NCBI GenBank assembly: GCA_950097015.1
Contig: CATNEN010000031.1
Span: 2,914,001 to 2,978,000 of the forward strand
Length of the DNA stretch: 64,000 bases
Reading direction: 5' to 3'
Source: Macrostomum hystrix
Taxonomy: Eukaryota > Animalia > Platyhelminthes
Shown here piece by piece: positions 33,121 to 45,650 of this stretch (its first letter is position 1; each line of letters begins with the position of its first letter). The translations under genes were made by a program, and so were the position numbers. Under the pieces are notes generated by a model. The model ran no database searches. It was not told the DNA's origin and saw only the letters and a list, made by a program, of their open reading frames with translations.

Positions 33121-36100
33121 TCAGATCACTTTGTATCGACCCGGCAGGCGATTCAGCTGGGTAGAGGACTGCAGCCTTAGCAGCTCCTCTTTGACCACTC
33201 GGGTGATCTCCTTCTTGGCATTCTGAATGTTCATATCGGACAGCGATTCTACTAGCAGGTAGAGCGGCCGTTCGGCAGCCTCGGCAGCTTCGGGAGTTGG
33301 CGGCGGCGGCGGACGTTGCGCCATGAAGACGCCGCGGACGGAGATGCCAACGTCGCACAGTTCAGAGAGGTTGCCAAGGAACTCCCGGCTGGTTAGGCGC
33401 CAGCGCACATTCTGAGGAAAGTCGTTGATCTCCAGCTCAACTTCGTAGCTGAAAAAATATAGAACACAATTTTATTTGGCAGTATGCTCAGCCTAAACAG
33501 CATGGACATGCTTGAAATTTCCGAGTTTGAAAGAATCATGCTTGAAAGCGATGTTAGAATTATCCGTACCGTTTAACCGTAACCTGTTCAACTTCGACTG
33601 GCGTCTCCTCAACAGGCCGATAGCCCAGGCGAACGTTGAGCCGTTCGGCCATCTGATTAGCCAGAGTTCTGCTGCTAACGGCTATTGACGAAGGCGTCAA
33701 GCCAGACGGGCCGTACATCACAGACATGGCAGCCTGCAAATGTGCAATTTAAGTGAGACCGATTAGTTGCTATGGGATAGGGATCTTGAACCAGGATGGG
33801 AGAATTGAAGCCTCTTGTTAGCGGGATGGGGATCCGGAATCAGATTGGGAGAATTGAAGCCACTTGGTAGCAGGATGGGGATCTAGAATTAGGATGGGAG
33901 AATTGAAGCCCCATGGTAGCGAGATGGGGATCTTGAACCAGGATGGGAGAATTGAAGCCCCTTGGAAGCGTGATGGGGATCTACAATGATGGGAGAATTG
34001 AAGCCCATTGGAAGCGTGATGGGATCTACAATCAGGATGGGAGAATTGAAGCCCCTTGGAAGCGTGATGGGATCTACAATCAGGATGGGAGAATTGAAGC
34101 CCATTGGAAGCGTGATGGGGATTTGGAGTCAGAATGGGAGAATTGAAGCCCCTTGCTGCGACAAAAATAATTCAAATTAGCGCCAACCTGCTGTGTTGCA
34201 TCCTCCTGACGCCCCGCATTCAGCCGCTTAGCCCGATCCATTGCTAGGCGGAGCTTCTGCTGCAGCTCGTCATTCTGCGGCTCCGCAGTGGCAGAATGCG
34301 GAGCTGCCGGCTCCTGTCTGGCAGCCGAAGCGGCAGCGCCAAACGGAGCAGCTCCGCTGCCGACGTTGCCGGCGGCCCAATTGGCAGTGATAGCGGCAGC
34401 CGCCGCGGCAGCAGCAGCAGCAGCCGGGGTAGACGGAACAGCTGCCGCTGGCGACGGCAGGACTGAGCCATCGGAGGTCGCGGCGGCGGAGGTTGTTGCG
34501 CCAGATGCGGCCGACGATGTGGACGGAGCGCCGGGCGCCACATCCTTGACGCGCTGCCTCGGCGCGAACAGCTCCTCGATGTGGTCGTCAATGTTGTCGG
34601 CCTCATCGTCGGAGTCCTGGAGTCCCATTGAGGCCTTCTGCAGCTTCTTGCGCTCCTTTACTAGGCGAGATTCCTCATCGTCAAAGGCGTAGCCCTTGCA
34701 CCGACGGTTGAAACCGCTAGCGCTGCGCACCTGAGGAGAATGAGATTGTTTTAGCGATTGGGGATTACTTGCCTGAAAAATGAAAATATTGTTAGAAAAT
34801 AAACAGTGGAACTCACTGTCTTGCCCTCAGCCTCCATCCTCTGGACGTAGGCGTCCCAAAGCGCCTGCAGGTTAGCTGGCACCGGAGCCTGGGCCAGCTT
34901 CAGCGCCTTGATCAAATCGCCGGCGTGCTTCTCCTGGTCGCGAGTGATGAAAGTCACCGCGTGGCCAGTGTTGCCAGCGCGACCAGTTCTGGGAGGGTGG
35001 GAGAAATGGTATAACTCTGAGAAAACGAACAACTTTTGTAACAGAACTCGTACGATCCCGGGATTTAACAAAAGTGAAAGTACTGTTGCAAAAGCAAAAG
35101 TGCTCAAGAACTATTGGTGACTCAGTTGCTGGCGCAGGCAGTGCTCATCTTGGGACTTGGCTGGGATTGCCAGTCTTAAGCTGGGACTTAATCTTGGGAT
35201 TTTGAAGAGTGACAGTCCTGATCTTGGGATTTTGAAGAGTGACAGTCCTAATCTTGGGATTTTGAAGAGTGACAGTCCTGATCTTGGGATTTTGAAGAGC
35301 GACAGTCCTAATCTTGGGATTTTGAAGAGTGGCATTCCTAATCTTGGGATCTTGAAGAGAGTGACAGTCCTAATCTAAAGGGATCTTGAAGAGAGTGACA
35401 GTCCTAATCTTGGGATCTTGAAGAGAGTGACAGTCCTAATATTGGGAACTTGAAGAGAGTGACAGTCCTAATCTTGGGATCTTGAAGAGAGTGACAGTCC
35501 TAATATTGGGAACTTGAAGAGAGTGACAGTCCTAATCTTGGGATTTTGAAGAGTGGCATTCCTAATCTTGGGATTTTGAAGAGTGACAGTCCTAATCTTG
35601 GGATCTTGAAGATAGTGACAGTCCTAATCTTGGGATCTTGAAGAGAGTGACAGTCGTAATCTTGGGATCTTGTAGATAGTGACAGTCCTAATCTTAGGGT
35701 ATCTTGAAGAGAGTGACAGTCCTAATCTTGGGATTTTGAAGAGAGTGACAGTCCTAATCTTGGGATCTTGAAGAGAGTGACAGTCCTAATCTTGGGATCT
35801 TGAAGAGAGTGACAGTCCTAATCTTGGGATCTTGAAGAGAGTGACAGTCCTAATATTGGGATCTGGGATCTGGGAGTCGTGACTCACCTGCCGCATCGAT
35901 GCACATAGTCTTCGTAGTGATTCGGGCAGTCGTAATTGACCACTAGGATGAGGCCGGTGACGTCAAGTCCGCGGGCGGCGACGCTGGTGGCGATGAGCAG
36001 CCGGGAGTCGCCACGCTTGAAGGCGGTGATGACGCTGTCCCGATCGTACTGGTCAATGCCGCCGTGCAGCGACAAGCAGGGATAGGCGTGCTTCATCAGC

Positions 36101-39100
36101 AGCTTCATGAGCTCGTCGGCTTTCTCCTGCCTGTCGACAAAGATGAGGCAGCCGCCGCGCTCCTGATAGACGCCGAGGAGTTCCAGCAGCTTGAAGAACT
36201 TATCATCCTCCGTCAGCAGGATGATCTCCTGTTGAACCTCGCTGCACACAACCGCCCGACCGCCTACCACCACCTCAATGGGTGAGTCCAGCACTTTGCG
36301 GGCCAGGATTTCCATCTGGCGCGGGAATGTCGCGCTAAACATCACAGTCTGGCGATCCGGCCGGATCGACTCCACGATCTTCATCACCTGAGGGTGCGGG
36401 CGAATTTCGTATCAATAAAAAGTGCCGTTAAACTACTGACTTGAATGGAATAAATAAGTAGTATAATATGATGAGGTATTCGCCAAGGCCTTGGCGGCGT
36501 TTCTGACCGCGTCGCATTTTCTGCTAACGGACGTTAGGCAAGGACCCTGGAAATGCAGACATTAGTTCATTTAATACACGTAAGAGCATTGCTGGAACTC
36601 CTTGACACTTCCGTTATAATATACTACTTAAACAGCTAGTAGTATACCCGATTGGATGAGGTTGGCAAAAACACAGATCTGCAGAAATCGATTAACAATA
36701 GCACAATGGAGCGGGCTGAAATAGCAGAGCGGAGTGCATAAACAACACACTGGATAAAAAGCACTAGAAGCCTACGGTTGCTGCAGCTCTCTGGCATAGC
36801 TATAGCACACAAAAATGCAGATCCAGGACGCCCTCACTCACCGACCAGCCGGCTAAAAGGTGGGCCCGGCGCGCTCAGGATTCTCTTGCTTGGTTGTCTA
36901 TTACCAAGAGAATTCCCGGCTGATCTAGCCCATCCAGCTGAAATAGAGTGAGTTTTCAATGTCTCTAAAATACACTACCGCTCCGCCCCGCCCGGAGAAT
37001 AGTATAAACGAGCCCGCCTCACCTGCGGCTCGAATCCCATGTCGAACATTCGATCGGCCTCGTCAAGTACGCAGAAGGTGGTCCGTCGCAGATTGGTGAC
37101 CCGGCCTGCGTTGGCGGCCAGCATGTCAATCATGCGGCCCGGCGTGCAGACAACAATCTCGCAGCCGCGCTTGAGCTCGGCAATCTGCTCAGAGATGCCC
37201 GTACCGCCGTAGACGCAGACAACGCGCAGTCGAAGATGCTTGGCAAACTTCTTGGCCTCCTTGAATATCTGCAGAGCCAGCTCGCGAGTTGGCGTCATCA
37301 CCACCGCCATAGGGCCTTCGCCAGACTCCAGCGGTGGCTGCGCCCGGATGTGCACCAGCAGAGGCAGCAGGAAGGCCAGGGTCTTGCCGGAGCCGGTTGC
37401 TGCGATGCCAATCATGTCTCTGGGGCGTTTGAGAGGGGTTGTGTGTGGCCTATTGGTTAGAGTGTCGGACTGGCGACTTGAAGGTGGGGGGTTCGATTCC
37501 CGATTCCACTGGAACAATTTGTGCCCTTTAGAAAGACACTAAAATATCTGCATAGCTTCAATTCACTCAGCTGATTGGTTGGAACTAGAATATTTGAGGC
37601 TTGGGTGTGACGTATGAGATAAGGTGTGTCAGATGCTGCTAACTGAGTATCCAAATGAGATATGGTGTGTCAGATGCTGCTAACTGAGTATCCAAATGAG
37701 ATAAGGTGTGTCAGATGCTGCTAACTGAGTATCCAAATGAGATAAGGTGTTTCAGATGCTGCTAACTGAGTATCCAAATGAGATACGGTGTATCAGATGC
37801 TGCTAACTGAGTATCCAAATGAGATATGGTGTGTCAGATGCTGCTAACTGAGTATCCAAATGAGATAAGGTGTGTCAGATGCTGCTAACTGAGTATCCAA
37901 ATGAGATAAGGTGTGTCAGATGCTGCTAACTGAGTATCCAAATGAGATAAGGTGTGTCAGATGCTGCTAACTGAGTATCCAAATGAGATATGGTGTGTCA
38001 GATGCTGCTAACTGAGTATCCAAATGAGATAAGGTGTGTCAGATGCTGCTAACTGAGTATCCAAATGAGATAAGGTGTGTCAGATGCTGCTAACTGAGTA
38101 TCCAAATGAGATAAGGTGTGTCAGATGCTGCTAACTGAGTATCCAAATGAGATAAGGTGTGTCAGATGCTGCTAACTGAGTATCCAAATGAGATACGGTG
38201 TATCAGATGCTGCTAACTGAGTATCCAAATGAGATAAGGTGTGTCAGATGCTGCTAACTGAGTATCCAAATGAGATAAGGTGTATCAGATGCTGCTAACT
38301 GAGTATCCAAATGAGATAAGGTGTATCAGATGCTGCTAACTGAGTATCCAAATGAGATAAGGTGTGTCAGATGCTGCTAACTGAGTATCCAAATGAGATA
38401 AGGTGTATCAGATGCTGCTAACTGAGTATCCAAATGAGATATGGTGTGTCAGATGCTGCTAACTGAGTATCCAAATGAGATAAGGTGTGTCAGATGCTGC
38501 TAACTGAGTATCCAAATGAGATAAGGTGTTTCAGATGCTGCTAACTGAGTATCCAAATGAGATACGGTGTATCAGATGCTGCTAACTGAGTATCCAAATG
38601 AGATAAGGTGTGTCAGATGCTGCTAACTGAGTATCCAAATGAGATACGGTGTATCAGATGCTGCTAACTGAGTATCCAAATGAGATAAGGTGTGTCAGAT
38701 GCTGCTAACTGAGTATCCAAATGAGATAAGGTGTGTCAGATGCTGCTAACTGAGTATCCAAATGAGATAAGGTGTGTCAGATGCTGCTAACTGAGTATCC
38801 AAATGAGATAAGGTGTATCAGATGCTGCTAACTGAGTATCCAAATGAGATAAGGTGTATCAGATGCTGCTAACTGAGTATCCAAATGAGATAAGGTGTAT
38901 CAGATGCTGCTAACTGAGTATCCAAATGAGATAAAAAACTGATGATTAAAAAGAGAAAAGGAAGATGTCATGCCATTGACTCGTTCTAGAGCCATTTCAA
39001 ATCTAAGAGCATTGGACCCTATGACACTACTCAAAAGTAGAAATAAAAACTTTTAGAGTCGTTCTCACAGAGTCGCTTGAGTAGTCAATGAAAAGCTACA

Positions 39101-42100
39101 AACTATTCTAAAACGCAGCTTGTCAGGGTAGCAACAATTTTCATTATATGCATAGCAACAACAAACACTAATAGACAACTCACCTGCCGGACAGAGCAAT
39201 CGGCAGCGCCTGGCACTGGATAGGTGTCGGCTTCTCGAATTTGTAATGCCTTAGCAGGGCCAGCAGGTGTGAGCTGAGGCCGGCCTGGGCCCAGTCGCGC
39301 ACAGGCCTAGGACAGTTGCGCCCCTTGGCCTGGATGCCGCCGAGTTCTCGGCGCAGGTCGGCCACAGCTTCCGGCGTCATAGCGGCCACTTCCGGGGACT
39401 CGCGATAGAACTCCTTAACAAATGGCTCGTAATGAATTTTCGAGTGATCCACGGAGACCAGCTTCTCCTTTCGAGCCGATGCGTTGCGCGCCATCAGAGC
39501 CTCCTCAAGCGTCTGCTCTTCCTCCTCGCTGGAGTATTCCATGCCGTCAACGTCGGCCTCCATTAGTTCACCTTTGCGAGACATCCGCGGAGCGGCCGGT
39601 GCAGAATCTGCGGCGGGCTTCGATTCTCCAGACTGCGCGGCAGCAGATTCAACTGAAGTCGTCGAGGTGGTCGTCGCCCTGATGATGGTGACACGCGGCC
39701 CAGTAGCCGCGGCAGCAGCGTCGGCTAATCCGGCAGCTTGGGAGCCAGTTGACGGCTGGGGCTTCGCTGGCGCGGCCTTCTGCAGCTGGGCCATGTACGC
39801 GTCCAGTGAGTCAACGCCGTCATCGCCGCCTTCGACCTCCGCCAGCTTGGCCTTCTTCGCCAAAGCATCATCGTCGTCGTCATCGTGGCTGCCGCCGTTA
39901 TCCACCTTGCCACCATTGGCGGCGCTGTCCAGCTTACGACGCATCGGTGGCGGCGGCCGCAGGCCCGATGTCGGCGGCAGTGTCGGTAAACGAAGCGGCG
40001 CATTGGCCGCCGCCTCGGCGCGCTGCCGTTCGCGCTCCGCGCGCTCTCGTTCGATTCTCTCGCGCCTCTTCTGCATCTCAAACTCGAGCCTGCGCGCTTC
40101 AGCCTCTCGATCGATCGGCCCTTCGCCGATGATGACGGCGCCTTCCAGCTCGAATTTAGACGACTGCCGGTGCTGCTGCTGTTGCTGCTGAGTAGGCCTT
40201 ATAGGCGGCGCTGCCGGAAGAAACTGCGATTGCAACTGCGACTGGGGCGGAGCCGAAGCAGCAGCGGCAGCTGCTGTCAGCAACTCCGACTCGGCTGAGA
40301 CTGCGGAGGCGGCTTTAGCGGCAGCAGCGGCAGCGGCTGCAGCAGCGGCAACAGCAACAAGGCCGTCGCGCACTGCCGGTCTCATGTGATGAGACGGTGA
40401 GCGGCTCCGGCTTCGTCGGCTACCACCGCCGCCGCCGCCCCCGCCACCTCCGCCACCGCTTCGCTTGTGATCCGACCGGCCATGGTGGCGCTCGCGGCTG
40501 CCGGAGCGCTGCCTGCGCCGGTGCTTGTCCCGGTCGCGTGGCTCCCGATCTCGATCGGGACGGTCCCGATGGTCACGGTCTCGGTCGCGATCTCTATCCC
40601 GATCGCGGTCTCGATCGCGATGCCTGCATTTAGAAAACAAGCATTTGTCCTTGATTATATGCCAATCGCACAGTAAGACAATTACAAAGAATATATAGCT
40701 AAATTCATAAGTAATGAAATTCTTTACTTTAGTAAAAAAAATTTCTTAAAACAAAGAAAGAAGGCACTGGTCTCTTATTCTCCTGTCTTTGCTGGGCGTT
40801 TTCCGTGGATCAGAGGGTCACAGCCTCAAATAACCAACTCAACACTTGAAAACTTTCTTACTCAGTTATAGCTTATTTGCTTTTCGCCACACTGGCACGT
40901 TGCTTTGTCTCATAGGAATTGCACTCGTTTATATACACAAAAAGGTTTGTTAAAATAAATGAATTTGACAGAATATTTATAATATTTTACATATAAAAAT
41001 ATTTAGCGCATTAAAACAACGAGCATAGGTACGAATTTGACTTAAAAAATGATAAAAGCATCCCTACTACATACTAAAAAATGCCCTCTCCACCTCATCT
41101 CCCCAACTTCATCAAAACCTTTATTTCCAGTGCATACAAAACAAAAAGGTGCATTCAAACAAATTAAAGGTGTAGTTAAACAACATAATATATTTGCAGG
41201 AAATATTTTCTAAGAAATGTGGAACAGGGTCCTATCTCACAGTTTAATTATGGAAGTAGAAAATCTGCACTTAAACAAATTTCTGCCAGTGGGATAATTG
41301 GTGCTGGTGCTGATAAATTTTAAGCCATAATTGTATTGATTTATGAAATTGAATTAGATGCTCAAAATACTGAGAACTTTGCTTGGATCTACATATAGCT
41401 TCTATCCCGACCCACTTACTGGTCAAAAAATAAATAATATCTGGCCTTCTAGAGCTTTACGGCTTGCAAAATTTATTTTCTTTAAACAAATTGGCTAGAA
41501 TGCTACTATTGCTGCTATATAATGCTATTCCATAATGCTACAAAGACTTAAAATATGAAATAAGTAAGTGTTGAAGGGCTTTTTTATTAATATTAAAACT
41601 CGCTTCTTTTACACCCTAAATTGACCCTTTGAAATAATTCTTAATTTCCTTTGTCAATGACTTAACTATACTTCATAGACTGGCTATGTACTTTCCTTAC
41701 TTCATATGTATATATATTGCTTAATTTAGCCAGGTAGGCTGCTTTTTTTCCCAAATATGGTAGCATTCGCACAAGTGTCCGAGCGGCAAGACACTTTTTA
41801 CTTTCCTTACTTAGTCATAAACTATCTGGCTTTCTGGTTTTTTCCCAGTCTTTCAAGGCTTCCAAAATGGACTGAATTTGCCCAACTTTGTACACAGTGC
41901 TATTCACCAATTGGGATTTACCCTCTGCTCTTTTAGTTATTAAACTGTACTGCTTTTAATAATTATCTCCTTCTTTATTCTTTCGAATATTCACCGACTT
42001 GTGTGTAACCACAGACCTGCTTTTCTCCCTGTCTCTCTGAATAAGAATGATTTAAACACATTGAGACTTATTCTCCTTTATTCAACACAGAACTTGGCAT

Positions 42101-43521
42101 TAGGCACCAGTTGGAGTTCTAGGGCAGGGCAGTTCTAGGGCAGGTTTGCAGTTATATTTATAGCAAAAATTTGAGGTAGGTGATAAAAAACAGTAAAACA
42201 AAAGATAAAACAGGGAAAAGTGTTTGGCGGGAATTCAAGTTAAAAATATATGATAAAATTAGGGCCTGCCTCATAAGGCTTAAAATTTTGAATATGGATT
42301 CAACTGTTCTAGATACATCAAAGAAATTCTAGACAATAGAAAGCTTAGAAAGATTAGAATTTTATCCTTTACTATTGCTTTACTACAGTAAGTTGCTTCA
42401 GTATTGTGTATTGTTACTACTAAAAATTAGTCATATACTATATTAAGTATAAGTATAATTTATTGTTGTAATAGTAAATATTAGGCCTAGTAGAAACTAT
42501 TTGTTTTAATATTTGTGGGCACTTTGACATAGAAGCCTGCTATTACCCTGTGTTGTATAGTCATACATGCGCAACACCTGGCCGAACCGGCCGGGTGAAA
42601 TGAGGGCCAAGCAAGGTAAGTCGCAAAAACCAATCAACCAAGTGCAAAAAAATCAAAGGGGGGACCAAGGGACAAAAAAGGAAGGCGTGAAGAAAAGGAA
42701 AAAGGGGAGAGAAAAAGAGAGCAAATGAGAGCAAACTAAGTCGTAAATAGAGCAATGAAATGAACTAAGTCGCAAATGAGAGCAAAAACTAAGTCGCATG
42801 GCCAGCTAAGATTTGGGAGGTTGCACATGTATGTCAGTATAGTAAATACTTAATGTAACTTTTTGTTATTGTAAACAAAGTTTCTTACATGAATATTTTA
42901 TTTTTTGTTTCCACTTTGCTTAATATTACTGCTCATAATGTTGTTTATCACAAATGCAAAGCTTTGCAGTTTTATTATTGCTATTTTATGTTTTCTAATT
43001 AAAGATTAAAATGTCTGTTAAGAAAACTATTCAACCACAAACCACTATGCACATTTTTTCTAAATTCTGGGAATCCTTTTCTGAGGATGCATAATTTGGC
43101 ATAAAGCTTTGAGGCCTGTTTTCCACTTGGCATAAGGATTACACCTTAAACAAAATATGTAATTTGGTGTAAAATGAAGAAAGCATGTCATATTTATTCT
43201 GGCTTATCAACAGGACGATCTGGACTTAGGCAAATAACTAAAATATTTTGAAGTCTAGAGTAAAAATGAACTAAAAACTTAATTAATAAGTTTAGCAATA
43301 AAATATGCTTTAAGTTATGTAAAAAGTTTAATAGTTAAGTAAAACTGAATTTTAAGAGATAGAATAGGCCGAACTATCACATCAATGACAATATAATATA
43401 ATTAGTCTAGTTTTATCATGTCATGGTCTTACAGATGCTTCAACCTCCAATTAGGCATTATTTAGTTTTTAAGTAATAGTGTATTTAAGACATTTCTGAC
43501 TTACCTGTCTCTGCCGGACAT
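33121..43521 (-). CDS. DDX46: DEAD-box RNA helicase DDX46/Prp5, 1186 aa, 8 exons
   Basis: Exons 43521-43505 (MSGRDR), 40623-39184, 37419-37023, 36387-35888, 34988-34817, 34730-34188, 33733-33570, 33448-33121; phases 2,2,0,2,0,0,2 consistent; total 3561 nt. RD/RS N-terminus, Q motif (PTPIQCQ), [32 protein letters not shown] and C-terminal ELEINDFPQ. Confidence 0.95.
33770..34152. repeat. ~47-bp degenerate minisatellite in DDX46 intron 6
   Basis: Recurring ggatgggagaattgaagccc. Confidence 0.9.
35148..35870. repeat. 30-32-bp minisatellite in DDX46 intron 4
   Basis: Unit aatcttgggatcttgaag(ag)agtgacagtcct. Confidence 0.93.
36842..36937 (-). other. Candidate 96-nt cassette (poison) exon in DDX46 intron 3
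   Basis: ctctatttcag| acceptor and |gtgagt donor; in-frame TGA at codon 21. Confidence 0.55.
37431..37580 (+). mobile_element. tRNA-derived SINE, family 2 (5' part), abutting the DDX46 exon 3 acceptor
   Basis: tggcctattggttagagtgtcgg...ggttcgattcccgattccactggaacaat. Confidence 0.72.
37608..38935. repeat. 41-bp minisatellite in DDX46 intron 2
   Basis: Unit gagataaggtgtgtcagatgctgctaactgagtatccaaat. Confidence 0.96.
42562..42833. mobile_element. Possible MITE in DDX46 intron 1
   Basis: Imperfect terminal inverted repeats catacatgcgcaac / gttgcacatgtatg; GTATAGT near both flanks. Confidence 0.45.
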
Positions 43522-45650
43522 AACAATTTTTCACGATTAGTTTTTATTTACAAATAGCTGGCAAATTTGTTAACACACAGCCAGTTGGCCAGAATACTGG
43601 TCTCTTGAACCTCTTTTCGAATTAAAAGCTTACGACTTTTGATGAATGAAAACAGAGGTATTGAGATAGGAATCGTGAATATTAAGCGAATGAACTATAT
43701 AAGAGTTAGGTTGTAGGTAGTTCTTAAAAGCAACTTAGTGGGAAACTGCAATTAAGCTTGCAAGTTCCTTCTCGATATTCGATAAAAGTATCCAATGTCA
43801 TTTCATAGAAAATATTTCGCAATCGTAGGATTTTATATTACCTCGAAAATGTCCTAATTATTGACTTACCTATAGAAAACAAAAACGAATGAAATTTTAA
43901 GCTATTATCAGTATAAATCACTTTACGCGTATATGATATTCCTAGATTATTTTTTAACTGGCAAAGTTGCTAACTTTTAGGAGAGCTTAAATTAATAAGC
44001 AGTGTAAACTTAAGGCGTGAATTGTCTTTCGTTGATTGAACGTTAATTTTGTAAAACGCTCTTTCAGAGCTTAAGTTACGGGAACCTTTCAAAAAGAAGA
44101 GGATAAATAGAGGAGGATATATTATATTATGGAGGATAAAGACTATTGGTTGTGCACGTTTATCTAGCATGGTAGTTCACTTTTGAAGAAGGCTATTATT
44201 AAAGGTGATGGTTTATGCTTATACTTTGTAGTTCACAAATATCTAACTTACGAGCCGGTACAACCATCGTAATCTCGATGGTTACGTTAAGATCACCATC
44301 TTCACGAATGGTGAAGTAGTTCAATGGTGATTTAGTTCGAGAAGTGTTCTCTAAGCTTCGAGTTGCAATTTACTTTAGCTGCAGCTTTTCCTCTCCTAGT
44401 CCATTGAAGCTGTGAAAATAAAACCTTGCATATATACATTTTGAACGAATTGAAATGCAAGGCAAATAAGAAAACAAGAGAAAAAAGGCATTCGATGAAG
44501 CTTGTTGTGCAAACGTTAAAACGTTATTTTACTATAAGTAGTAAGAAAATTATTCGAACTTTAATTAAAAAAATCAATAGGTATGCGCATCATAAAATAA
44601 ATATTTCCTTATATAAACTAACTGTTCTGCAAGCAAATGTGGCATGGTGGGTTAGTGGGCAATCAAAGAAGATTGGATTAACTCCTTTATTTGTACAATT
44701 CCTGCAATTAAGTATGCAGAACGTATGAGGCTCTCACTGATTTGAGAGGAACTCACTAATAGCGATGATAAGCAATAAAAGTACACAAAAGTGCAACAAG
44801 ATAGCAGAAATAGAAGCTAAAAAAACTCTAAGCAACTTGCTCTCTATTAGACAATAGTAATCTGACTAGAGTACTATAAACATAAGGCAGATTAGAACGC
44901 GGTGTGGTAATCTAAACTGTACCAAATCAACGAACATACTGAATTAGTAGCAGAATTTTACATAGGGCGTACATTTTGTTATAAATAGTGAAACAAAAAA
45001 AGACAGTTTTGAATCAAACAAAATGAACAGAAACGACGCCTTGGATAGATTTACATCACATAAAATACCGAAATCGCATTAATACGCTCGTAGTTCAGTA
45101 GATATCTAGGGCAGATTATTTGTTGCAAAAACACAGAAAAATTTACTAAACTTGTTAGCTTGCTAAGGTGCCAAAAACCACATCCTTGGAAAAGTGGACA
45201 AGTGGCCAAGAGGAACGGGCAGACTCGTAAAATGACGCGACAGCAAATGTAATTGTTAATAATTTACGATATCTTTAATAGTACATCCGTCTAGTCTAAT
45301 ATATCTGTAATCATAATTGATAGATAGCGTGTTGGTGAGAAACACTCGACTCGAAGTCATACCGAAATAAGACATTACACAGCAGTCATTGTGCTGACAC
45401 AATTTTGTGCAGCTGACAAAACATGAATGTACATGTTTTAAACTATAAATTAGCACACCTATAATAAACACAACTAAACATTGACGTTTAAGATTAAATC
45501 GCGAATGTAACATATTGCTGAAATAAGCCTTGATGCTTGCCTATAGAAATTAGCTAGAACACTCGGCACTTAAACAAACGTTGCGTTAGAATAAGCAATG
45601 GTGTAAAATGATGATAGCAAGACCCTAGGCAGAGCTGGACAAACAAACTA

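Noticed and set aside
36467-36505. Box C (ATGATGA) and box D (CTGA) pair suggesting a C/D snoRNA
   Set aside because: Too short (about 40 nt) and antisense to the host gene.
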